Source: a virus (taxonomy: Duplodnaviria; Caudoviricetes). Taken from it: a stretch of 63,594 nucleotides of DNA. Below the pieces are notes generated by a model. That model did not search any database. It was not told the DNA's origin and worked only from the letters and a program-made list of their open reading frames with translations. The position numbers were made by a program, and so were the translations under genes. Location of the stretch: IMG/VR virus record IMGVR_UViG_3300035212_000241, positions 1-63,594 of that record. The stretch is one strand, 5' to 3'. Positions 48,695-57,456 of this stretch are shown in pieces (position 1 is the stretch's first letter; every line of letters starts with the position of its first letter).

Positions 48695-48756
48695 GGTCAA
48701 TTACACCACACCATCAAATAAATTGATGGTAAGTTTAACGACGATTTCTGAAAATT

Positions 48757-48785
48757 AGGGACTCTATTTTGGGTCCCTTCTTTTT
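48757..48785 (+). terminator. Intrinsic terminator
   Basis: AGGGACTC-TATTTT-GGGTCCCT-TCTTTTT. Confidence 0.7.
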
Positions 48786-48875
48786 AGCAAAATAGTAAAT
48801 CCTTAGTGGATGTCGTGTACCTTTTCTTATACTTTTATTATTATTCTTTTATTTTATGTCAATAATCGACATTAA

Positions 48876-49032
48876 AATGTCAATATAATGTCAATTATAT
48901 TGATATAAGTAATTGATAATAAAGAGTAATGTCGAAAATGTCGAAAATAGAAACGATTTGATATTTAAAAAAATAGTTGCGCATGATAAATATATATAGA
49001 GAGAATAGGGAAATGACATTGTCACATCGACA
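48876..49032. repeat. Origin-like iteron cluster, copy 2
   Basis: Same block order as 38913-39075, including the identical AATGTCGAAAATGTCGAAAA (48928-48947) and AATAGGGAAAT. Confidence 0.6.
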
Positions 49033-49101
49033 CAGCTTGCTGTGTTGATAGGGTAGTCCTCAATCAGCACTCAACCCACTAACTATATAAATCCAAGAAT
49101 A

Positions 49102-49132
49102 TTTGGAGTTATAAAATTTAGCTTTATCTTTG
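49102..49132 (+). promoter_or_regulatory. Bacteroidota sigma-A promoter for groEL
   Basis: TTTG (49102-49105), 19 nt spacer, TATCTTTG (49125-49132). Confidence 0.7.
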
Positions 49133-49165
49133 TGGTATCATTTTAAAACTTAAATCTAATTTACA

Positions 49166-50809
49166 ATGTTTGACAATTCAGGTTACACTCCAAAGGACTT
49201 AGTCTTTGGGGACGAGGGACGCAAGCGATTGATAGATGGCATCAGAAAGATTGCCGCTGCTGTTAAGTCCACTTTAGGCCCAGGGGGCAACACGGTGTTA
49301 ATTGAGTCACCGCATCACACGCATAGCATTACGGTTACCAAGGATGGTGTCACTGTCGCAAAGGCGGTTGACCTGTTTGATCCGGTTGAGAACCTTGCGG
49401 TCAGGATGATGAAAGAGGCAGCTGAGCGTACCGCTACCAATGCAGGGGATGGGACGACCACCTCAATCATTTTGACAGAGGCTATGGTCCTTGAGGGGAC
49501 TAGGCTATTGACACCTGAGGTGAACCGTACTGAGGTGTTGAGACACTTGAGTGTTATGTGCAACGAGGTGGTTAGGCAATTGGCCTCAAAGGCTAAGAAG
49601 GTGACGAACGCAATGCTTGTTGACGTAGCGACAATATCAGCGAATAATGACAGGGAGCTGGGTAAGATTATTGCTGAGCTGTACAGAGAGGTAGGGCGTA
49701 CTGGTATTGTCACTGTTGAGAAGTCGCAGACGAGTGAGACATACTCTGAGACGACTAAGGGTCTCAAGGTAGCAAGGGGCTATCTGTCAAATTTGTTCGT
49801 CAATGACCATAAGAAGGACGAGTGCGTCTTTGAGGATGTGATGGTATTGGTTGCTGACACTGAGATAAGTAATATCTTGCAGATTGAGGCGGTGTTAAAG
49901 CCAATTATATCTGAGAATAAGAAGCTGTTGATCATTGCGCCATGTGGCACCAATGTGGTGAATACGCTTGCGGCTAATGTGGTGAAGGGTAATGTCAAGA
50001 TCTGCGCGGTGCCGCCACCCAATTTTGGGTATAAGCAGCATGAGCTGATGCAGGACATTGCGCTGAGCGTTGGCGCGACATACTTCAGCGAGAAGACCGG
50101 TGACGACTTGTCGCTTATCAACTACGGTGACTTGGGCCATGCTGCCAAGGTCATTGTCTCGGTTGACCAGACAATAATCCTAAAGTCAAATGCGAGGGTT
50201 AAGACTGACGCGGTGGAGGAGAGGGTCAAGCAGCTATGGTCTGCTCATGCCATTGCTAAGCGAAAAGCTGACAAGGACTTCTTGTTGGAGCGCATTGCGT
50301 CACTGACAGGGGGCATTGGTGTCATCTATGTCGGTGGTAATACTGACCTGGAGCAGAAGGAGCTGTATGACCGTGTTGACGATGCTGTCTGTGCGGTGCG
50401 CTCTGCTTTGGAGGAGGGGATATTGCCAGGGGCCGGCAAGGCTATCTACGAGATTGACCATACGAGGTTGTTAGGTGATGGCAATAACCATGACCAGAAT
50501 GTAGCATGGCATATCATGGACGCAGCGCTTGAGGCTCCAATCAGGCAGATACTCACCAATGTGGGGCTTGACTTTGACGCAGTGTATTGCAGGTATGTCC
50601 CTGAGGGTGAGGATATGGTGCCTGATGGGCATGGCTATAATGTCAAGACCGGTGAGTTTGGGGACCTCATCAAGATGGGTGTCGTTGACCCATTGAAAGT
50701 GACTCGAAGTGCGCTGCAAAATGCAGTCAGTGTGGCATCAACTATTTTAAGCACCAATGCTATTATCACGATGGGTCGTAGCTTTGAGATAGCAAATGTA
50801 ACCAAATAA
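49166..50809 (+). CDS. groEL: Chaperonin GroEL
   Basis: TLGPGG, TKDGVTVAK, GDGTTT, ATISANND, VVDPLKVTRSAL. Confidence 0.97.
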   Translation: MFDNSGYTPKDLVFGDEGRKRLIDGIRKIAAAVKSTLGPGGNTVLIESPHHTHSITVTKDGVTVAKAVDLFDPVENLAVRMMKEAAERTATNAGDGTTTSIILTEAMVLEGTRLLTPEVNRTEVLRHLSVMCNEVVRQLASKAKKVTNAMLVDVATISANNDRELGKIIAELYREVGRTGIVTVEKSQTSETYSETTKGLKVARGYLSNLFVNDHKKDECVFEDVMVLVADTEISNILQIEAVLKPIISENKKLLIIAPCGTNVVNTLAANVVKGNVKICAVPPPNFGYKQHELMQDIALSVGATYFSEKTGDDLSLINYGDLGHAAKVIVSVDQTIILKSNARVKTDAVEERVKQLWSAHAIAKRKADKDFLLERIASLTGGIGVIYVGGNTDLEQKELYDRVDDAVCAVRSALEEGILPGAGKAIYEIDHTRLLGDGNNHDQNVAWHIMDAALEAPIRQILTNVGLDFDAVYCRYVPEGEDMVPDGHGYNVKTGEFGDLIKMGVVDPLKVTRSALQNAVSVASTILSTNAIITMGRSFEIANVTK

Positions 50810-50823
50810 ATTTTACTATATCA

Positions 50824-51672
50824 ATGAAACATTCTTTGCATTCGTCTTTCTATCCGCACATTGACGCTAAAAAGTTCACAAAGGTTGTAAAGCTGCTCAG
50901 ACAATTTTTTGACAGCAAGGGTCTCCTTGAGGTGCATACGCAGAACAGGTTGTCAATACTTGCGGCTTGCGAGAATCCGCATAGCATTGCTCAATTCACC
51001 TACAACCACAACATCTATCCGCTACCGCAGACTGGGCAGATGTGGTTAGAGCATGAACTGCTGACACAGCCGGAGGAGAGAGGGTTCTACTGCTTGTCAA
51101 CAAGCTACCGCAATGAGGAGGCACCAATTGAGGGCCGTCACTGTATGATATTCCCGATGTTTGAGTTTGAGTTCCATGGGACGATGACCGAGCTGGCGAT
51201 AGTAGAGACTGAGCTGCTTGAGTTTCTTGGTTTCAAATCTCCTGCTGTCAGAAATTACGAGGACGTATGCGATGAGTATGGTGTCAGCATCATTGAGAAT
51301 GACACAGAGACAAAGCTATACCAAGACGTATCTGACGCAGTATTACTTTGTAACTTTCCGGAGCGCACCAATCCATTTTGGAATATGGAGAGGCATAATG
51401 ACGGAACAGCGAAGAAGATTGACGTAATCCTCTGTGGTCAGGAGACCATCGGTTCTGCTGAGCGCAGCTGCAATCCTGAGCAGATGAAAACGAACTTTTT
51501 CACCATCGAGGGTGGCAAATACGCTGAGAAATTATTTGAGCTATTTGGGTACAGCAGAGTAATATCAGAGCTTGAAGAGTTCTTACAAAATAAATTTATC
51601 CCACGCGTAGGAGCTGGTATTGGCATAACCAGACTTATCAGAGCGATGGAGATAAACAAACTTCTCGATTAG
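50824..51672 (+). CDS. Class IIb aminoacyl-tRNA synthetase catalytic-core paralogue (AsnRS2/EpmA-like, no anticodon-binding domain)
   Basis: Motif 1 LRQFFDSKGLLEVHT, motif 2 SYRNE...RH..IFPMFEFE, ETIGSAER, motif 3 GAGIGITRL; only 282 aa. Confidence 0.85.
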   Translation: MKHSLHSSFYPHIDAKKFTKVVKLLRQFFDSKGLLEVHTQNRLSILAACENPHSIAQFTYNHNIYPLPQTGQMWLEHELLTQPEERGFYCLSTSYRNEEAPIEGRHCMIFPMFEFEFHGTMTELAIVETELLEFLGFKSPAVRNYEDVCDEYGVSIIENDTETKLYQDVSDAVLLCNFPERTNPFWNMERHNDGTAKKIDVILCGQETIGSAERSCNPEQMKTNFFTIEGGKYAEKLFELFGYSRVISELEEFLQNKFIPRVGAGIGITRLIRAMEINKLLD

Positions 51673-51693
51673 TTTTTTGGTTTTAAAGTGAAG

Positions 51694-51724
51694 GGGGTTG
51701 GGTCAATGCCCAGCCCTTTTTTTT
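51694..51724 (+). terminator. Intrinsic terminator
   Basis: GGGTTGGGT-CAAT-GCCCAGCCC followed by T8. Confidence 0.8.
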
Positions 51725-51743
51725 CTAACTTAAATTTAATCTA

Positions 51744-52259
51744 ATGCAAAATGCACTATTATTCCTGCTGCTTATTGCGGCATCATCTCTATCCAATTCA
51801 AGGCCGGCTCCGGCTGTTTTTATAAAAGTAGAGAAACCTACTTTTAAGAATTGGTCCATCAACAATAAGCCAAAAGCACAATGGGATGACGTTGACTGGC
51901 TCGCGAAGATGCTTATGTCAGAGACCCCCGACTCAACAGATACAGAGGGGCTGCGCCTAAGAGCAATAACAGCAGCGGTCCACGCTGAGATGTATGGCAT
52001 CAGTATCACAAAGGCAATACTAATACCAAATGCATACTCCGGCATAAACAAAGAGAACTACATCTGGTGGAGAGCTGAGCCTACAGTAACACACAAAAAG
52101 ATAGCCATTGACATGGTGAGCAATGGTATCAGAGAAGGTGAGCCAAGGATATATGCCTTCTGCAATATGAGCCTAATATCAGCAAAAGCTAAAGCGTGGT
52201 TCAACACGCTAAAGTTCTACAAAAAAATCGGTGACGAAACATTTTTCTTATTACCATAA
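51744..52259 (+). CDS. SleB/Hydrolase_2-like cell wall hydrolase with signal peptide
   Basis: Hydrophobic N-terminus; LAKMLMSE catalytic Glu helix; AYS and KIGDETF motifs. Confidence 0.65.
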   Translation: MQNALLFLLLIAASSLSNSRPAPAVFIKVEKPTFKNWSINNKPKAQWDDVDWLAKMLMSETPDSTDTEGLRLRAITAAVHAEMYGISITKAILIPNAYSGINKENYIWWRAEPTVTHKKIAIDMVSNGIREGEPRIYAFCNMSLISAKAKAWFNTLKFYKKIGDETFFLLP

Positions 52260-52269
52260 ATCTAATCAA

Positions 52270-52527
52270 ATGCAACCAATAGGCAAATACATAGTGGTCT
52301 CTTCAATTGACGAGGAGATAAAGACAGACTCAGGCATCATCCTCTCAGGAGAAGATGCTAATCAGTTCAGATACCGCAAGGGTAAAGTTGTCAAGCCAGG
52401 TACTGACGTGACTGTAATCAAAGAGGGTGACGTAGTCTATTACGACAAAGGCTATTCGTTCACGATGATCATATCAGGCGAGCAACATACCATCATTCGT
52501 GAAGACCACGTCGTTCTTGTTGAATAG
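52270..52527 (+). CDS. groES: Co-chaperonin GroES
   Basis: MQPIGKYIVV...KTDSGIIL...GKVVKPG...EGDVVYY; ATG at 52270. Confidence 0.9.
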   Translation: MQPIGKYIVVSSIDEEIKTDSGIILSGEDANQFRYRKGKVVKPGTDVTVIKEGDVVYYDKGYSFTMIISGEQHTIIREDHVVLVE

Positions 52528-52936
52528 ACTTGTTCATTTCGATAATCATATTCTTGTAAACCTTATCGGTATATTTTACCTTTCGCTTGAACATTGGGTT
52601 GTTGCAAGCTGTCATTGGTATTTCATCTCCGTTCAGCTTTCGGTAAATGTCCTTAACGACATTTATGCCCTTGTCACTCATCTTGTAGACAGTCCTTTTC
52701 TTACCCTCCTTAGGTCTGAACACCTCAAACCAACCGTCTTTTAGCAGTTTGTCAAAGCGCCACCGGTCCCATGTGAGGATTTTGTCAAATTTTTTAAAGC
52801 GCTCTCTCGTAAAATAGCGTTCAGAGAACATAAAAAGCAGTACGTCAAGGTCAGCTTGTAAGAGTCCAAACTTGGTCTTGTAATACTGGCGTATGACCTT
52901 CCAGTATTTTAGGTAGTTGCGAGGAGTTTTTTGCAT
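52493..52936 (-). CDS. Winged-helix (MarR-like) DNA-binding protein
   Basis: ADLDVLLFM...LLKDGWFEV...YKMSDKG; own TATCTTTG box at 52963-52970; lone antisense gene. Confidence 0.6.
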   Translation of the reverse strand: MQKTPRNYLKYWKVIRQYYKTKFGLLQADLDVLLFMFSERYFTRERFKKFDKILTWDRWRFDKLLKDGWFEVFRPKEGKKRTVYKMSDKGINVVKDIYRKLNGDEIPMTACNNPMFKRKVKYTDKVYKNMIIEMNKSIQQERRGLHE

Positions 52937-53014
52937 TAGATTAAATTTTATAAAAATATTTACAAAGATAATCAGAAAAACTTATTATATTTGACCCCAA
53001 TAAACAAATATATT

Positions 53015-53278
53015 ATGCCAAAGCCAAAAGAAAATACTAAAGAGGCTGCAAAGGCTGAGCCTAAGAGCTACGAATATCAGAAAATTGACCTGAAGACAGG
53101 TCTTAATGACATTACTTTCAAGAATAAGCAGGTAGAAATGATCAGAAATCTGCAAGAAGAGAACTTAAAGCTAAAGCAGGGTGCAGGCAGGCAGAAAAGA
53201 CAGGCAGGGATGCCGGACATCAAGGGGCTTCGTGGCTTAGAGGGGAACCTCGGTATGCAGTTTCGTAAAAAAGGGTAA
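53015..53278 (+). CDS. Hypothetical basic protein
   Basis: ATG 53015 after the TATATTTG box at 52986. Confidence 0.55.
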   Translation: MPKPKENTKEAAKAEPKSYEYQKIDLKTGLNDITFKNKQVEMIRNLQEENLKLKQGAGRQKRQAGMPDIKGLRGLEGNLGMQFRKKG

Positions 53279-53305
53279 TTTTGCTAACAATAAATAAGTT
53301 TTTTC

Positions 53306-53461
53306 ATGAAAAAGTCAACTCCAAATCTCCCAATGGCATCTCGTTTGCAAGCCCCAGGTGGTGCAAAGGAAATGCCGAAGGCTATGCCTAAAAAAGGCGC
53401 TACCAAAAAGGTAATGTCTGGTGCAGCCAAGAAAGCAATGCCTTCTAAAAAGGGATACTAA
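53306..53461 (+). CDS. Small Lys/Met-rich protein (not in ORF track)
   Basis: MKKSTPNLPMASRLQ...KKGY, 51 aa. Confidence 0.55.
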   Translation: MKKSTPNLPMASRLQAPGGAKEMPKAMPKKGATKKVMSGAAKKAMPSKKGY

Positions 53462-53724
53462 TGAAAATCGACAGCCAAAAGTATATGGGCGAGAACCAAT
53501 TAGTCCATAGATTGGCATCGCAGGTAGGATCCATGAAATTGGCTGTCGATATTTTAAAAAAGAGAGGCGACATGAACCAAAACGGAACGCTCACAGCAAA
53601 AGGTCAAAAGCGAAATGCAATGACAGCAGAGGAAAGGGCAATAGATAGGGCATCGAAGAAAACAAAGCATGACCTATCAGAATATCGATACAATCCATTA
53701 ACAAATAGAGCAACACTAAAATAA
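53461..53724 (+). CDS. Hypothetical basic protein
   Basis: 87 aa; MTAEERAIDRAS. Confidence 0.6.
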   Translation: MKIDSQKYMGENQLVHRLASQVGSMKLAVDILKKRGDMNQNGTLTAKGQKRNAMTAEERAIDRASKKTKHDLSEYRYNPLTNRATLK

Positions 53725-53729
53725 ATATC

Positions 53730-53885
53730 ATGGCAAAGACTAAAAAAATTGAAGAAGCCGTAGAGGAGACAGTACAAGTTAAGGAGACTGTACAAGAAAC
53801 TGTGGTTGAGGAGACTCCAAAGGTGCCACAGAACGAAGATGGCATCACAGACAGAGCATATACAAGCCTAAAATACAAGAAGTAA
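53730..53885 (+). CDS. Small hypothetical protein (not in ORF track)
   Basis: MAKTKKIEEAVEETV..., 51 aa. Confidence 0.5.
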   Translation: MAKTKKIEEAVEETVQVKETVQETVVEETPKVPQNEDGITDRAYTSLKYKK

Positions 53886-54175
53886 TGGCCAACAAGTCCA
53901 AGATGAGCTGCAACAAGCCGGTGTCCTCAGACAGACCTGGTAAAAAGATGATGGTCAAGGCTTGTGCCAATGGCCAGGAGAAGCTGCTACATTTTGGAGC
54001 AAAAGGCTATGGCCATAACTACTCAGCGGCAGCACGAAAGAGCTTCAAAGCTAGACATGGATGCGATGAGGCTGACAATAAGCTAACGCCAAAATATTGG
54101 GCCTGCAAAAAGCTATGGGCAGGACCAGGTGGAAGCACAGCAAGTAACCCTAAAGGACGACAAGGCAAATACTAA
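53885..54175 (+). CDS. Small basic Cys-containing phage protein (RKSFKARH..C...YWAC family)
   Basis: Recurrent motif in aquatic phages. Confidence 0.7.
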   Translation: MANKSKMSCNKPVSSDRPGKKMMVKACANGQEKLLHFGAKGYGHNYSAAARKSFKARHGCDEADNKLTPKYWACKKLWAGPGGSTASNPKGRQGKY

Positions 54176-54510
54176 TGAAAGACTCCTGCTACAAAAAAGT
54201 CAAAGCACAGTACGATGTTTTCCCATCGGCAAGAGCGTCACAGGCAATAGCCAAGTGCCGCAAAGCAAGTGGCAATGTGGTGAAGTCAGAGAAGGGCACA
54301 AGCCTAAAGCGTTGGGATAAGGAGAACTGGGTGGACACAAAGACAAATAAACCTTGCGGTGCAGGAGGGAAGAATGAATACTGCCGACCAACGAAGAAGA
54401 TTTCATCACAGACACCAAAGACCAAAAGCGAGATGACAGCATCAGAGCTAAGAGCGAAGAAAGCTGAGAAGTCAAGAGTTGGTATGGGTAACAAAATATC
54501 AAAAGCATGA
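54175..54510 (+). CDS. Small basic Cys-containing phage protein (KRW..E.W.D...CG...YCRP family)
   Basis: Recurrent motif in aquatic phages. Confidence 0.7.
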   Translation: MKDSCYKKVKAQYDVFPSARASQAIAKCRKASGNVVKSEKGTSLKRWDKENWVDTKTNKPCGAGGKNEYCRPTKKISSQTPKTKSEMTASELRAKKAEKSRVGMGNKISKA

Positions 54511-54671
54511 GCAAAAGTAAAGGACTCGGTGACACTGTAGAGAAAATACTAAGAGCTACAGGCGTAAAAACAGTAGTCAAGACAGTAATAAATGGAATTG
54601 GTGTAGAGGACTGCGGATGCGACGAGCGAAGAGATACATTAAACAGAATCTTTCCATACGATAAAAAATAA
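54507..54671 (+). CDS. Small protein (GLGDTVEK...DCGC..R family; not in ORF track)
   Basis: MSKSKGLGDTVEKILRATG...DCGCDERRDTLNRIFPY, 54 aa. Confidence 0.7.
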   Translation: MSKSKGLGDTVEKILRATGVKTVVKTVINGIGVEDCGCDERRDTLNRIFPYDKK

Positions 54672-54674
54672 AAA

Positions 54675-55163
54675 ATGGCAAACGTAAGAATACAACCAAG
54701 CAGAGCGCTTGCGGTATATAAATCAGATAATGCTGACATCCCATATCCGGCAGTAGCTACATCTGGAACAACAACAGCGAATGGAGCCAGTCAATTGATT
54801 GATGCAGGTAAAAATTTTCCTGCGCTGCAAATTTATCCTGGCAATATTGTCTATAACACAGCAACAGGAGCCTCTGCCACAATTACAGATGTATCTCCGG
54901 CTACACCAACAATCCTTACGCTGAATGCTAATATATTTGCAGCTTCTCCAGAGGCTTATATTATCTATCAGTCAAGTCCAATGGCCGGTGGTCAAAACAC
55001 AGGCTGTGTGCTTTATGTAGGTACAGGTGGTGATGTTGAGGTAACAACAGCAGGCAACGATAAGGTGATTTTTGTTGACGTACAAAATGGGTCATTCTTA
55101 CCTGTTCAGGTAGTAAAAGTATGGAATACAGGAACATCTGCTGACATATTAGCTCTTTGGTAA
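54675..55163 (+). CDS. Virion structural protein (spike-base-like)
   Basis: LYVGTGGDVEV...GSFLPVQVVKV...TSADILALW, with an inserted beta domain. Confidence 0.6.
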   Translation: MANVRIQPSRALAVYKSDNADIPYPAVATSGTTTANGASQLIDAGKNFPALQIYPGNIVYNTATGASATITDVSPATPTILTLNANIFAASPEAYIIYQSSPMAGGQNTGCVLYVGTGGDVEVTTAGNDKVIFVDVQNGSFLPVQVVKVWNTGTSADILALW

Positions 55164-57038
55164 ATGCTAACAGTAACAATTACAAATACAATAATGTCAA
55201 AGACAAGGAACGCAGGAGGCGGTGGAGGAATACCACCGTCAAATACTGTAGCTCCTGTCATCTCAGGAACAGCCGTAGTAGGTCAAACATTGTCAAGTAC
55301 CACTGGTACATGGACAGGTGCCCCAACTCCAACATATGCTTATCAATGGAAAAGAAATGGGAGCAACATAGCAAGTGCTACCTCATCAACATATACTCTT
55401 GTCCAAGCTGATGCAACATTTGCAATAACCTGCGCTGTAACAGCAACAAATATAGCAGGCTCAGCGGAAGCAACAAGCAACTCACTTACAATAACAGATG
55501 CTGATGCACAAGCATTTTTCACAGCAAGTGGGCTTACAGGTGCGACAAATTTAACAGCCATAAACAATTTAGTTGTGGCGCTTAAAGGCTTCGGTATTTG
55601 GACAAAGATGAAAGCTATTTATCCGATGGTTGGTGGAACTGCTGCTTTGCATAAATGGAATTTGAAAGACCCGAGAGATTTAGATGCGGCTTTTAGGTTG
55701 GTGTTTAATGGTGGTTGGACACATTCTGCAACAGGTGCTTTACCAAACGGAACAAATGCCTATGCAAATACTTTTTTAAGCCCTTCGACATCACTAACAA
55801 ATAATAATACTCACATGAGCTATTATTCAAGAACAAATACATCCGCTGCAAGTGCTGGTTTAATAGGTTCTGCGGTTGGTGGTAGTTTTATCCCTTTATT
55901 TACAATTTACGGAAGGTCAACAGCTGGTAATTTAGTTCAAGCAGATAGTTATAATTATAATACAAATAGAATAAATTATACTGAACCAACAGGACAAGCA
56001 TTTTATACTAATAATAGAACTACATCAGCTTCTTTTAGGCTATTTAGAAATGGTTTAATAGTAGGAACAAATAGTAATGCAAACGCAAATAATGTAACTG
56101 CTATAAACTTTCCAATTTATATAGGTAGTATAAATATTGCCAATACTAGTAATAATTTTGGTGTTTTTCAATGCGCTTTTGCATCTATCGGTGACGGCTT
56201 AACTGATACTGAAGCCGCTAATTTTTACACAGCAGTACAAAATTTCAACACAACTTTAGGAAGGTCAGTAGGGCCACAGACAGTTAGTGACCCTGATGCT
56301 CAAGCATTTGTTACTGCTGCTGACATTCAAGACCAAGTTCAAGCGCAAGCTATCAATACCTTAGTTTTAGATATGAAAGGCTATGGTATTTGGACTAAGA
56401 TGAAAGCCATTTATCCTTTTGTTGGTGGTACTGCATCAAGCCACAAATGGAATTTAAAAAATCCTTTGGATACAAATGCAGCTTTTCGCTTAGTATTTTT
56501 TGGTGGTATGACTCATAGTGCAAATGGTATTCAAGGCAATGGAACTAATTCATATGCAAATACTTTTTTAAATCCTTCTGCAATAACTAATAATAATCAT
56601 ATGTCAATTTATGTTAGAACAAATATTGATGAAGTAAAAGAAGACATAGGAAATTATAATGGCTCTGTAGCAGGATTTGGTATTGATTCAAGAATTTCAA
56701 ATGTTGCTTATTATACGAATCATTCATCTTTTGGAGGTCAATATGTAAGTTTTGCAAATACTGATTCAAGAGGTTTTCATATTAACACAAGAAATTCATC
56801 ATCAAATCATAAAGGGTTTTTAAACGGTATTTTAAAAGGAACAAACACAGCTGCTGGAACAACATCTGTAAATTTTGATATTTATGTTGGTGCAAGAAAT
56901 AATAGTGGTGCAGCACAAATATTTTCATCAAAACAATTTGCTTTCGCCTCTATCGGTGATGGCTTAACAGATACAGATGTAGGCAACTTTTATACTGCGG
57001 TGCAGGCATTTAACACAACTTTAGGCAGACAAATATGA
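55164..57038 (+). CDS. Tail fibre/receptor-binding protein: Ig-like N-terminus plus two tandem LamG-like domains
   Basis: Two copies of DADAQAF...GIWTKMKAIYP...FASIGDGLTD...FYTAVQ.FNTTLGR. Confidence 0.7.
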   Translation: MLTVTITNTIMSKTRNAGGGGGIPPSNTVAPVISGTAVVGQTLSSTTGTWTGAPTPTYAYQWKRNGSNIASATSSTYTLVQADATFAITCAVTATNIAGSAEATSNSLTITDADAQAFFTASGLTGATNLTAINNLVVALKGFGIWTKMKAIYPMVGGTAALHKWNLKDPRDLDAAFRLVFNGGWTHSATGALPNGTNAYANTFLSPSTSLTNNNTHMSYYSRTNTSAASAGLIGSAVGGSFIPLFTIYGRSTAGNLVQADSYNYNTNRINYTEPTGQAFYTNNRTTSASFRLFRNGLIVGTNSNANANNVTAINFPIYIGSINIANTSNNFGVFQCAFASIGDGLTDTEAANFYTAVQNFNTTLGRSVGPQTVSDPDAQAFVTAADIQDQVQAQAINTLVLDMKGYGIWTKMKAIYPFVGGTASSHKWNLKNPLDTNAAFRLVFFGGMTHSANGIQGNGTNSYANTFLNPSAITNNNHMSIYVRTNIDEVKEDIGNYNGSVAGFGIDSRISNVAYYTNHSSFGGQYVSFANTDSRGFHINTRNSSSNHKGFLNGILKGTNTAAGTTSVNFDIYVGARNNSGAAQIFSSKQFAFASIGDGLTDTDVGNFYTAVQAFNTTLGRQI

Positions 57039-57259
57039 TACAAGTAGGACTATTAACAGAAACACAAAAAGATAGCTTAATAGGTCAGCTTTATGATGAA
57101 GACAGCTATTTTAACCCGATACAGGATGACTTCGATAATTGGATAATTTCTATTGAAGAGATGGAATTTTGCGTCAATCCTGAGTTTCAATGGGTAAAAG
57201 ATTTGCCGCTCATCGACTATAAACCGAAACCATCACCGCCATTCCCTCCAATAGAGTAA
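57035..57259 (+). CDS. Small fibre-associated protein
   Basis: FNPIQD..DNWIIS...WVKDLPLI motif; follows the fibre gene. Confidence 0.65.
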   Translation: MIQVGLLTETQKDSLIGQLYDEDSYFNPIQDDFDNWIISIEEMEFCVNPEFQWVKDLPLIDYKPKPSPPFPPIE

Positions 57260-57260
57260 A

Positions 57261-57452
57261 ATGCTGGGTGGAATACTTGATGAGGATGAAAGAAAGTATT
57301 TACATGGCAAGCACTACGATGAGTTCAAGCTATTTACACCATTGTTAGACGCAGAAAAGAATTGGATTTTACCACTGTACCAAATATTTGAAAACAAAAA
57401 TTTAGACTGTTGGTGGGTAAGATACTTACCGATAGTTGAATACAAACACTAG
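57261..57452 (+). CDS. Paralogue of the preceding small protein
   Basis: FTPLLD..KNWILP...WVRYLPIVEYK. Confidence 0.6.
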   Translation: MLGGILDEDERKYLHGKHYDEFKLFTPLLDAEKNWILPLYQIFENKNLDCWWVRYLPIVEYKH

Positions 57453-57456
57453 ACCC

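Noticed and set aside
55495-57030. Diversity-generating retroelement TR/VR pair
   Set aside because: Both repeats are in-frame domains of one gene, differences are not adenine-specific, and no reverse transcriptase is present.
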